A DNA stretch of 33,211 bases, taken from contig NC_068985.1 in assembly GCF_001194135.2 (NCBI RefSeq), positions 70,136,071 to 70,169,281 of the forward strand, read 5' to 3'. Source of the DNA: Octopus bimaculoides (lineage: Eukaryota). The position numbers and the translations under genes were made by a program. Shown here piece by piece: positions 1 to 11,816 of this stretch (position 1 is the stretch's first letter; each line of letters begins with the position of its first letter). Below the pieces are notes generated by a model, which saw nothing but the letters and a program-made list of their open reading frames with translations, was not told where the DNA came from and did no database searches.

Positions 1-89
1 ATATATATATATATATATATATATATAAATGCATACACACTGTACTAGCTGATAACTCAATTGCTGTCTTGTCTTTCCAGATGAAACCA

Positions 90-640
90 CGATTGTTCGG
101 CTCCTTTGGACTCACTTCGCTACATGTATTTCTGTTTTCGCCATCCGAATTATTGGATGATTTAGAGATTTGGTAACGTGTATATACGTGTATATATAAA
201 GTTAATTTAAACACCAGTTTGCAATGTTTCACCAAAAGAGAGAACTATAATAGTCACTAAATGCAACTAGGGTCTTAGGATACCTACATTGTTAGAAATA
301 GGAGCTAAACCGCTCTAATACAGTAGTAAAGGCACATGAATGAAAATATACACAGAGCAATAAATTGGATGACGAAAACATAAATACTAATGGCGGAGCG
401 AGTTCGAAAGAAGGCGAACAATCGAGCGGGTTTAACTGATGACGCACGGAAATTGCCAAAACTGACGTCAGTATTGGGAATTCTCGATTGGGACGATTGT
501 TCCCTGCTAGTATATATATTTTGTCATTCACGTGCGTTAGCTACAGCATTAGAGTGATTCAGCTCTTATTTCTAGCAATCTAGGTGTTTCCTAAAACTTT
601 AGTCACATTTAGTGACATTTATGAACCATTGCAAACTGTT
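90..640. repeat. Interleaved imperfect inverted repeats (90-155 pairs with 357-424; ~214-352 pairs with ~513-640); probably two opposite-orientation copies of one unclassified dispersed repeat
   Basis: Manual alignment: reverse complement of 357-424 matches 90-155 at about 53/67 nt. Reverse complement of 214-352 (agctcctatttctaacaatgtaggta...catttagtgac...cattgcaaactg) matches 513-640 (agctcttatttctagcaatctaggtg...catttagtgac...cattgcaaactg). Confidence 0.75.
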
Positions 641-1220
641 ATTATCATTTTTAAATTGCTACCCTAGATAATAATAGAGTCAATGATACCTTCGCAAATT
701 ATTTTCTCGTAAATTATTTTTCTCGTGAATTATTTTTCTCGTGAAATATATGCTCTGTATTGATATTATGTTCACACTGGTGGCTACTATGATTCAGCTT
801 AAAACGAATCAATTAGAGTGCAGACTTCAACGTGACGAGTTAGCGCTGTTTATCATGGTAACGCGTGCTGAGAAAGGTGAGGCTATTATGCCAGTTGAGA
901 AACTGACCCACGTGAGTCCAAATACTTGAATGTATGCTGAGAGATTGTCTTAGCCCGTTTGCCTTCGGACGATTGATTTCTGTAGTTATTATCAAAGTAT
1001 TTTGGAAATTTAAACAAACATTTTGACTGTTATTTCAAGCAGGTAGACTTACTTAGTATGTCCTTTGATTAATTTTAATCTTCTAGCTATTTAATGCTTT
1101 TTGGGGGGCCCACAATCGCCTATATTGTTGATTCTGTTATTATCAGTTTTAAATTGTTACACTAGATAATATGGGAGTCAATGATATCTTCGCAAAGTAT
1201 TTTTTCGTGAATTATTTCCT
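636..1220 (+). repeat. ~90-bp direct duplication (636-~730 and 1134-~1220); first copy ends in a 3x 15-16 bp tandem repeat (a/g)aattatttttctcgt at 696-742
   Basis: ctgttattatcatttttaaattgctaccctagataat...gagtcaatgataccttcgcaaa vs ctgttattatcagttttaaattgttacactagataat...gagtcaatgatatcttcgcaaa. Confidence 0.75.
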
Positions 1221-1259
1221 CCGTATTGTATATATATATATATATATATACACCCATAC

Positions 1260-1329
<70 letters not shown>

Positions 1330-1530
1330 GTATGTATATTATTCACGACATTTGGAATAACTGATGTTAATATTGGTTTCGTAGAATTTGAAGTCAAATT
1401 CTAAAGGTTTATAAATAAATATAGACCAGCATAAATGAGATTTTGCAACTCATCACCTCATACCACTAATAAAGATTTCTGTCATCATCACTAATGTTTA
1501 TTGGTAATGATATCAATATTTACTGAAAGT

Positions 1531-1744
1531 AAGACACCGAGATGGCAGAATTGTTACCGCCCCGGGGAAAAAGGCTTAGAGGCATTTTTTCCGACTTTAC
1601 GCTCTGAGTTCAAATGCCACCGAGGTCGACGTCTCCTTTCACTCTTTCGATCGATAAAATAAGTACCAGTTGTGTATCGGGGGTCGATGTAATCGACTTA
1701 TTCCCTCCCACAAAATTGCTGGCTGTGAAACAAAATTTGAAACC
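1531..1744 (+). mobile_element. tRNA-derived SINE, family 1 (Deu/Nin-domain-like), diverged copy
   Basis: A-box-like tggcagaattgtta, B-box gagttcaaatgcc, central cctttcactctttcgatcgataaaataagtaccag, then gtcgatgtaatcgact; homologous to the copies at 28292-28980. Confidence 0.8.
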
Positions 1745-1749
1745 GATAT

Positions 1750-2880
1750 GTACACAGGTATAATGATGCCATTGCAGAGCACCGGTTTTATCTTTCCAGT
1801 TGTTTAAAGGCTTTCTCTAAGATTCAAGAAATCGCAGTAGTGCTTGTGATTGTTCATCCCAAACTTTATCTGGACACAAATTGGGATTCCTTTCAATCCA
1901 ATTATTCCAGATTCGATCATCAGCATTTTTATTTTCAGTAAGCATAGGGTTTTTTTTCTGACTCCTCGATACCCGTTTTCTCAAAAAAATATTCCTTCAG
2001 CTTGTGATGACGGACAAACTGAAATAGCCCTGGAGCTAGTTTATTCTTGTCGAAATTCTTAGTGCTTGGGCAGAAATTCAGTCCAAGCCCCAAGACTGAG
2101 ACATCGTCGGGTGAATTTTTAGTTTAAATAAATTTATGACCGACTTATTCTCTAGTGCGATGGTTTTTCTCAAACAAGTGGTTTGCAGAGTCTTACTCTC
2201 ATCAGATTCCTGACTACGCTTTGGGCTTTGCTTGAAATCTTCACTTAAAACACGAAACCTATTGGGTGATAAAATTTATTCTGAATGTTCATGCGAGAAG
2301 TTATAAGTTTTAGTCGTCTTTCTAGGAGTAATCCATTTCTGAGTGGGTGATAGGAAGTGAGTGACTTCTGTGCTTTTTGTAGACATTTGAAAAACCTTTA
2401 CTTAAGGAAAAGGAACAAATTTTTTTTTTTTTTTCGAGGCAAAATCTCAAATGTGTCCACATTTTTTGGCTGATCAAATAAAAGCTTCTCCAATGACAAG
2501 TTCAAATACATACGCCAGGGCAAAAAGACCACAATCATATGCGCTAACTTAGAGATTAATTATATGAACTTGTTGACTAATAAGTTCAAACTGTCATGAA
2601 TGTAAACGTCTCCGAAAAAAATGTTTGACAAAGCAAAATGATGAATCCTTGTGTGATGAATGAACAGTGTGCGGTGTAGATTGTATTTTAGAAATTCCAT
2701 GTGCGAAAAAATGGTTGGCTGTATTGGAATTTCTGGAAAATTTTCCGCTACGATTTTCAACCCGGTGCCAATAAGTTTCTTATGTAACATTTGTCCTGAA
2801 AGTAAATACGACTTCTTTAGATTTCAAAGCAAGTTATCTCAACCAAAATGTTCTCTTGCCCACTGACTCAGGTGAATGGG
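1750..2880 (-). pseudogene. Decayed retroelement ORF fragment: Ulp1/SENP(C48)-like cysteine protease domain, linker, then Penelope-like element N-terminal domain; RT core absent
   Basis: Minus-strand manual translation. 2800-2580: LSGQMLHKKLIGTGLKIVAENFPEIPIQPTIFS...TLFIHHTRIHHFALS...VYIHDSL. 2542-2435: AYDCGLFALAYVFELVIG..FDQPK/MWTHLRFCLE. One frame from 2419 (FVPFP) runs 93 codons with two TAA stops to VINL at 2140. After a 1-nt shift: SPDDVSVLGLGLNFCPSTKNFDKNKLAPGLFQFVRHHKLKEYFFE (to ~1980). Confidence 0.7.
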
Positions 2881-2904
2881 AAATCAACTTTTTCAGCTTC
2901 TTTT

Positions 2905-3330
2905 CACTTTTGTAATCGACTGGTCCCTCCCACAAAATTTCAGGCCTTGTACCTATAGTAGAGAGTTTTATTAAGTCGGTGAACTGTCAGAATCGTTAAC
3001 ACGCTGGGTACTTCTCGCTTTGCAACGTCCTGAGTTCAAATTCCGCCGAGGTTGACTTTGCCTTTCATCCCTTCGGGGTTGATAAATTAAGTACCAGTGA
3101 AACACTGGGAGTCGGTGTAATCGTCTAGTCCCCTCAGAAAAAAGGATTCGGTTGCGCAACGGAAAGGTCATTGCGGTGTCTGTTCGTACGCTATACAATC
3201 TGAGTTTGAACCTCGGTAGAGCTTAACTTTAACTTTCACTTCTTCTGGCCTGATAAAAATAAGTAGAACTTACATACTGCGGTTGATCCTATTAACTAAA
3301 CGCCTCACCTGAAAGTTGTTGACTTTTTTG
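2905..3330 (+). mobile_element. Tandem cluster of family-1 SINE pieces: 3' tail (2909-2970), near-complete copy (2972-3135), highly degenerate copy (~3145-3330)
   Basis: tgtaatcgactggtccctcccacaaaatttcaggccttgtacctatagtag; gagttcaaattccgccgaggttgactttgcctttcatcccttcggggttgataaattaagtaccag; gagtttgaacctcggtagagcttaactttaactttcac...gataaaaataagtag. Confidence 0.75.
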
Positions 3331-3619
3331 CCTACAACTATAGTATTGCCCTTGTTATTCTTGTTGCTACTATAGTTGGTTTGGGTTTTATGACCGATAT
3401 GTATCTAACTCTTCTTTTTCATCATTATCATCATCCCCAGAATTATTACAATACCCATGATCCTCACAAACATCATAATTTTGATTATTCGTTTGACTTT
3501 AACCGATTCAATTTGCGAAGACGTTAAACTGGTCAACAACTGTTAAGCATTTCTTACTTGAAACTATGTACAGTGAGTTGACCTGAATATGTATGACTAT
3601 ACATCAGTGTCATATGAGT

Positions 3620-4000
<381 letters not shown>

Positions 4001-4391
4001 GTGTTTGATATTCATAATCTTTATTTGTATTCAGAAACCGTCTTCAAATATAGCGAGGGATAAATGACCAACGAAACAACTAATGTAGTAAGGCGAGGTT
4101 GACTGTGGCAGTGTTGATGGTAATGAAAAATAAGAAGAAAAGAGAGAATGAATAGAGACGAAAAGAGAACGTAACACAGAGAGAGGGAGAGCAGAGGGAG
4201 ATTGACAAAGCGCCTATCTGATCAAATCAATCTGTAATATTAGGTTTTGATCAGAAGAAAAATGACTATAGTCAAATAGTTGATATCTGTGTGTATGCAT
4301 GACGATACATATGAAAGCAGTATCATATACATCATGTATACGTGTGCATGTATTTGTGTGTGCGTATGTTCATATATACATACATATATAC

Positions 4392-4454
<63 letters not shown>

Positions 4455-6417
4455 CGTGCATATGTATATTGAAAGACAGAGCGTGAGAGTGTGAATAACA
4501 TCTTGAGAGACTGATACTTTTTCACAATTCCATCAAGTTGTCCATTGAAAGCTTTGATTGATTATTTCTTTGTAAATTTTCCAGTCTGCTGCAATATATA
4601 TATATTTTTATGTTTTCACCCCTCCACCACTTTTCTTTCCCTCTACCCCACAATTTTCATTGTCGTTACTGTTTTTATTCTCTTTTTTTCATTTTTTCTC
4701 ATTTTTGGCTTGTTAGTTATATTCGCTTGTAGCTGTTTTTGTGTATTTGTTTCGTGTGTCATACGTCCAGTTCTTATAATCAACATACATAAGGATGTTG
4801 AGTAGGTCTCTCACTCTTACTTTTCTAAATATATGTATGTGTGTGTGTATGTGTATTTACGTGAGTGTCTATGTGTTATTCTGCGTGTGTGTCTTTATAT
4901 GTTTGTAAGCGAAAGGATTGTATGTGTATTTGTGGTTGTTTGTCTATTGTTTTTTTAGAATGAAAGCACATTTATAGATACACACACAAAAATGATGTGC
5001 TAGATTCAAATACACAGACACTCACATACGCCCAGATATATAGAATTTACTCAAATCGTCACCTCCATATTTGCAAAAACAAATCATCTTAAACCTTGTT
5101 CGGATAACTGAAGATTAGTTTTATATTTATTTGCTTTTTATTTTTATTTTCATAGCCCGAGGTATTAAGGGATTTATTTTTGATTATTCATATTTTTTTC
5201 TTTTTGTGATTTATTATATATATTATATATTTGTGTATATGTATGTGTGTGAGAGTATCTGAGTGTGTCTATCTTTGTACGTGCGTGTCTGTGTGCTTGA
5301 AGATTTTCCTTTCAAATCCTGTCTATTTTCGTAAACTGGGTAGTTGTTCATTTTCAACATCATTCACACATTCATTCTTTGAGCAATATCGTGCATGCTA
5401 CGGTGGACATTTTTTTATATTATTAGTACATCAATCTATTCTTTAGTTCCCTAAGGTCATTCAACTCTCCTACCAATTTATAATGTATGCAAGGTCATCT
5501 CATCTGAATAAGAACAGTGTTGAATCTGTTTTAAAGGTTGTTTAGCGTTGTTGGTTTATGTCTTGTCAGCAATTGAAATGAAGAGCACTGTCATGTGATT
5601 TTTTGCATTCTATGTGATCGAATGTGTTGGAGTTCGACATGATAAGATAGATAACAACTAGCAGCAAAACAAGTTATACAGGCGGGGAGAAATATACTTT
5701 CATTTACTAAGTATAGCGTTGTCTAGAAAAGGGTGCTATGTATTTGTTGATACGTTATGTTCAGAAGACGGATTTGATGGACATGACACTAGTAATTTTA
5801 ATCATAAGTCTGTCAGTCGGAGTTAAACAATATCAACAACGACATTTACCATCTGGATATGAGTGTGTATGGGGTGGGGTACTACAAAATTAGTTCGCTC
5901 ATGCTCTTTCAATGTCGTAGAATCTGACCTTTAAACTTTCAGTAATGCAGTGAAGGTCAAATAGTTAAAAAGTACTTTCCACCATACAATGGTTAGGGAT
6001 TCGATCGGCTGAGTTATGCATTGGCCAAATTAATCGTGCCATACACTAAACAGAAATTATATTGTGTGAAAAATAGTCTAATTGACATTTTTTATTTTTT
6101 TATTTTATGAGATGCCTTTTCACATACATTGTTAAGTTCGGGGAAACTAAGTACTGTGTTAACTTCACACCTGCCTGTGGAATACTTAGTCATGATTTAT
6201 TTCAATCCGTATTTACTCCCGCTGATAGGGAAACCTGATTACTCATCGTTGAAATCTATGTATGATCCATATAAATTTGCGAACAATCAAATCCGCATAA
6301 TTCTTAGTAGGATCTATGTATCTATGTAGTAGCTGGTTTTATTATTTTATATGAAATGTTTCTGAAGAAATCATCGTTTGTTACAGGTTCCCAACCGACC
6401 ATTCATCAATTTAACTG

Positions 6418-6467
6418 AGATAATATCTGTGAGCAGATAATATCTGTGACCAGACAATATGTGTCAC
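6418..6467 (+). repeat. 3x 17-bp tandem repeat agataatatctgtga(g/c)c
   Basis: agataatatctgtgagc / agataatatctgtgacc / agacaatatgtgtcac. Confidence 0.8.
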
Positions 6468-7150
6468 AACAGGTGAAACATATATTAAACAATATATTCC
6501 TATTTCGAACCACATCTTTCACAGGTTTTTTTAATGTTTTTTTTATAAATATCCAGTAATACGTCACTGAGAGAAAATAATGGATCTCCTAAGGTGCGAC
6601 GATGTGCATATAATTATTCTGTCCTCTTAACTACCTGATCATTTGGTTAATATGTAAATAAATTAACATTCCAGAAATATAATTGTCATGACTAATGAAT
6701 GAGATATATTGTGTGTCAAGGCTGGACCTATGCATAAAAGCAATCCGGCTCGCTGCAACACAGTCGCTGTCCACTTGTGGGCTGATTTGATTCTATTGGC
6801 AAAACAGAATTGCTAAAGATCTCAAACGAATTTCAGAATGTTAGATTTAGCTACTCCCACTCATCAGAGTCATAAGCATACACATGTATATGAGGATGTG
6901 TAAGCACATATATGTATTTGAATGTGTACATAAGGAAAAAGAAACGCAAATGCACTTCACATATTGTAATTTATATCCTACAAGTAAAGTATTTATTCGC
7001 TGGGGATAAAAAGATGAAAATCATTTGCACGTTTAGATGTACATATTCAATATTCTTCGATCGGTTTCACTACTTCCACTCTTACTATTTATTCTCAAAT
7101 TTATGAGTCAAGTGAAATTGAAAGTAATGTGACAACTTAATGTCAGTTTT

Positions 7151-7350
<200 letters not shown>

Positions 7351-7359
7351 GTGTGTGAA

Positions 7360-7670
7360 GGCACGTGCCATTCTGGTTAGGGTATTCGGCTCATGATCGT
7401 AAGGGCGTTAGTTCAATTTCCGGCGACGCGTTGTGTCCTTGAGCAAGACACTTTATTTCATATTTCTCCAGTTCAAAAATGACCAGTACCTGTATTTCAA
7501 AGGGCCGGTGTTGTCATACTCTGTGTCTCGCCTAGTCTTCCTGAGAACTACGTTAAGGGTTACACTTGTCTGTGGAGTGCTCAGCCACTTGCACGTTAAT
7601 TTCACGTGCAGTTTGTTACGTTGTTCGGATCAACAGGAACGCTCGTCGTTGTAACCGACGCAGTGCCAGT
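7360..7670 (+). mobile_element. tRNA-derived SINE, family 3 (CORE/Meta-like central motif)
   Basis: tggttagggtattcggctcatgatcgtaag (A-box-like), agttcaatttccgg (B-box-like), gttgtgtccttgagcaagacacttta (motif typical of conserved SINE central domains); family assignment from recall. Confidence 0.65.
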
Positions 7671-7692
7671 TCCTTATATATANNNNNNNNNN

Positions 7693-7808
7693 AAAGGATG
7701 AAAGGCAAAGTCGACCTCGGCGGAATTTGAACTCATAACGCAAATACAGACGAAATACTTTTAAGCATTTCATCCGGCGTGCCAACGTTTCTGCCAGCTC
7801 GCCGCCTT
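7693..7808 (-). mobile_element. Family-1 SINE, 5' half (cut by the 10-N gap at 7683-7692)
   Basis: Reverse complement reads aaggcggcgagctggcagaaacgttggcacgccggatgaaatgctt...gagttcaaattccgccgaggtcgactttgcctttcatcc. Confidence 0.9.
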
Positions 7809-8189
7809 ACAAGATGAAAATAATGTTAGGGTCTTCTCTGCAGTGGGTGTAAAATAGCACTGGTCTATAGAACCTGCTGTTGTTCCGTATGCTACATTAC
7901 TCTCTCTGGTCCTTCCAGTTCAAATATGCCTCGTTTGTGAGTTCATTTTCTCTGAGGTCCGGGAATTTGCAAATTGAGTTTCATGTGTGTCATGCTTGGC
8001 GAATACTGTATTTATATTTTCCTGTTCTGTATACATACATACATGCACACACAAGAACACACGCACATCTATTTGCGAAGGGGTGCATCAGTGTATTTGT
8101 GTGTGAGCGAGCATGTGCATGTATTATCTGAGACGATAATATCCTACGTGTTATTAGCTTACTCGAAAACTAAGATATTATGTTGATGT

Positions 8190-8191
<2 letters not shown>

Positions 8192-8277
<86 letters not shown>

Positions 8278-8599
8278 GTATGTATTTATGTATGTATGTA
8301 TGTATGTATGTATGTATGTATGTATGTATGTCGGTGTATCACAAGAACATGACGGAGGAAGTAAATGCGCTAGTATATAGTTTGCGGAGGAGGATTTCAG
8401 AATGGTCATCTTATTCATGTCAAATAGACACTTATTTAAATTATCACTTACCACGTTACTTGTTACAATTAATGGCCAAATCTGTGTGGAACCCCCAACT
8501 GTGTATATGCTTGTGAGTGCGTGCGTGTATGCGCGTGTGTGTGTGTATCTTTGTGAGTGTTTGTGTGTGCGTGTATTTTTCTGTGTCCCTGTGTTTTTA

Positions 8600-8687
<88 letters not shown>

Positions 8688-9300
8688 TGTACGTATGTAT
8701 ATATGCATGTTCGTGTTTCTTTTGTGGGGATATGTTTTCGAGCGAGTGTGTATTTGTGTGTGTATGGTTTTAAGTATGAGCAGCCTGACTGATAACCAGT
8801 TTCAAACCCAAACCTGTATGGTATTGTTTTCATACTTATTGAACAGATACTTGCATGTCGATTTTACCATCGTTAACAAAGTGGACCCTCATAGATCTCT
8901 TTGGGAATTCTAACCAAGAATGCTACGGATCAAAACTGTTTTCGGTAGTTATTTTCTCATAGTTCGTTAACCTGATGCAGTTATCTGATGATATGTATAT
9001 TTATGCGTATGTATCCATCTATCTACCCATCTATCTATTTCTTTCCCTCTCTGTCTCTCTCTCTCTCTCTGTCTGCATGTCTACCCACCTGTCTCTCTGA
9101 CTGTCAATCTAATGGTCTCCTTTCTCTCTTTCCGTATATATATATATATATATATGTACGTATGTATGTATATATATACATGTATATAGATTAATCTATT
9201 TATGTATATGTGTACGTATGAGTATGTATGTATGTATGTATTATGTATGTATGTATGTATGTATGTATGTATGTATATATGTATGTATGTATGTATGTCG
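8192..9300. repeat. Microsatellite-rich block: (AT)n/(TATG)n 8192-8330, (GT)n ~8605-8685, (CT)n/(ATCT)n ~9015-9130, (AT)n/(TATG)n ~9135-9297
   Basis: Directly visible. Confidence 0.9.
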
Positions 9301-10263
9301 GTGTATCACAAGAATATGACGGACGAAGCAAATGCGTTAGATTTTTTTCTACACTTACGGCAAATTAATTCACTGAATTCTTCGATCTCTGCTAAGAATT
9401 AATTCTCGTCAAGGCAGACGACCACCGGCTTCATCCGATTCCGGTTTTAACTATAATTACGAACACTGTGTGTATTTATTACTGGCAAAGATGACTCAAA
9501 TATTTATCAAGATCTGAGAAGATAAGCAAGTTAATAATTGTATGTTACGTTGTGTGTAGTTTCGTCACTTATATTTACTTGAAATGTAACAGTCTACATT
9601 AACATTTTCAAGGCTTATAATTAAAATTGTTCCCACCGAATTTTAATAGCCAGGATGAGATTACCAAAGGAAGGACGCTTTCAGTAAATGCTTATTATCT
9701 TTGGCAATGAGACTGAATTGCAGAGAAGATACGAGTATAGGTGTGTAAAGTGAATACTAAATGTTTGAATACGTTTGATATATTTCTTACATAGAAATGT
9801 TGGTATTCACTCAACAAAAAGACTCTGACTACGAGTAAATCTATATCCTTCGATTTATACGTAAGATTCTTCATAGAGTTTCAGCAGAATGTCCATCAGC
9901 TACGTTTGGTTACACCCGCAAAAAGCAGCTCTATATAGTCGCTCAACTAATTCAGAAATAGCAGTCAAATATTCATTAATTAAGCTGTGTTATGTTAAAA
10001 ATAGGATTATATATTTCAAGAATGTCGTAAATACGTTTTTGTGTAAAATAACAAAACGGTCATTTCACGAATCTTGTAAAACATATTTCTTCTCGACTAA
10101 GATAAATGAACAAATGATTAACTTATTCACTAATATATATATGCGTGAAATGTCGACAGGTCGCGGCTGTGATGTTTTGAGCTCTTATTGTGATGTTGCA
10201 AAATCACGTTGAATCTCCAGTGGTTTGTTATTGGTATTCCATACAAAACATGTAATTTTAATA

Positions 10264-11233
10264 CAGGATGCGATGGAAAAATTGTCGCCATACTATAATT
10301 TCAATTCTTGCCGCATGCGCATTGTTTGTTTTTGATTTTGTCGGGTACACCGTATAGGGTCAGTTGGGCACCGTCTGTGAGAAAAACAGCATTTTGACGC
10401 AATCTACTCTACCAGAAAGTTGGGAATGACATGCTGCACTGCTTGGCAATCGCGCTGGAAGCTCCAATTCGAATATTTCAGAGTATTCGGGTGTCATTCT
10501 GATGACAGTGCAATCTGAGGACATGTACCGAGAGTGGTAAAAATCAAATATCCAGTCAACGTCATGGTGTTTGGAGTGATCATTAGTGATGGTGACGTTA
10601 TGTCTCCATTCATCTTCCCACACGGCCTCACACTCAACATGGAGGTCTATATCAAGTGCCTGGAGTAGGTAGTGCTGCCCTGGGTCAAGAGTGTGGATGC
10701 TGGAAGAACCTATGTCTGGTAACATGTCTCTGCACCATGCCACAAAAGCAGAAGAACTCAGTCATGGCAGTCAGACAATTTCTGCGACGGCATCATCACT
10801 AACAGGCTGCAATCCACTTAATAATTATGTGTGAAGCGCAGTTATGTGTGAGTTCAAAAACCACTTTGTAACACCAAAAATGAACAAAAGGCAAGCATTA
10901 TGACATTATTCACCAACTTAAACAAGGAGACCGTCCAGAAGAGTTGCAGGAGATTCGGAAATCATCTTGAGGTCGTGGTTGAAGCCAATGGCGATATGAT
11001 TGAAAAGATTTACTTCTTAGTATTTCAAGATATTTTCATGTGGGGTGGCTGTGTGGTAAGAAACTTGCTTCTCAACCATATGGTTTGGGGTTCAGTACTA
11101 CTGCGTGGCACACTGGGCGAGTGTCGTCTACTATAGCTTCGGGCCAACCAAAGCATTGTGAGTGAATTTGATAGACACGAACTGAAAGAATCCAGCCGTA
11201 TATATATATATATATGTGCGCGTGTGTGTTTGT

Positions 11234-11264
<31 letters not shown>

Positions 11265-11635
11265 CATGTATGTGTGCGTGTGTGTCTGTGTGTCTGTAAG
11301 TCTGTATGTATATGTATATATATATTTATATATATGCTTGTATTTGTGTATCTGTGTTTGCCCTACTACCATCGTTTGACAACAGATGCTGGTGTGTTTA
11401 CGACTCCATAACTAAACGATTCTGCAAAAGAGACCCATGGAATAAGTACTAAGCTTACAAAGAATAAGTCATGGGGACGTTTTGCTCGACTAAAGGATGT
11501 GCTCCAGCATGGCCACAGTCAAAGGACTGAAGCATGTAAAAGACAAAAAGAATAAATGAATAACTATTAAAATGAATTGTCAGTGTTATTTTCGTTTTTG
11601 TGTAATCTAGACGACAATTTATTCACCGCACCCTG
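10264..11635 (+). mobile_element. Tc1/mariner-superfamily DNA transposon relic (maT/DD37D-like motifs), internally deleted, with TIRs and TA target duplication
   Basis: Left TIR caggatgcgatggaaaaattgtcg (10264-10287) vs reverse complement of right end cagggtgcggtgaataaattgtcg (11612-11635), 20/24 identical. TA at 10262-10263 and 11636-11637. Transposase remnant 10534-11007: KYPVNVMVFGVIISDGDVMSPFIFPHG...YIKCLE*VVLPWV...YVW*HVSAPCH...CNPLNNY...NLNKETVQKSCRRF..HLEVVVEANGD. Confidence 0.88.
11041..11550 (+). mobile_element. tRNA-derived SINE, family 2 (head + internal AT/GT microsatellite + tail), nested in the mariner relic
   Basis: gtggctgtgtggtaagaaacttgcttctcaaccatatggtttggggttcagtac head; tail gaataagtactaagcttacaaagaataagtcatggggacgttttgctcgactaaagg...gcatggccacagtc; homologous to the minus copy at 14907-15256. 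Confidence 0.85.
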
Positions 11636-11745
11636 TACACTGTAGTTGATTCGATTGTCACTTTTCGGTGCAAAATAATATTTGATGTTATTCTAATTTA
11701 GAAATCATAGTCGTCGTAATCGCCATCGGCGGCGGCAGCAACAGC

Positions 11746-11816
<71 letters not shown>
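11746..11816. repeat. (TTA)n(TAG)n trinucleotide microsatellite
   Basis: Directly visible. Confidence 0.95.

Noticed and set aside
199-510. Helitron call for the nested insert ending in CTAG|T
   Set aside because: No 5' TC, and only a weak hairpin 2 nt from CTAG; left unclassified.
6387-6472. AG...GT-bounded candidate exon
   Set aside because: Stops in all three frames; it contains the 17-bp tandem repeat.
10360-10743. 127-aa minus-strand ORF
   Set aside because: Antisense shadow of the + strand mariner transposase remnant.
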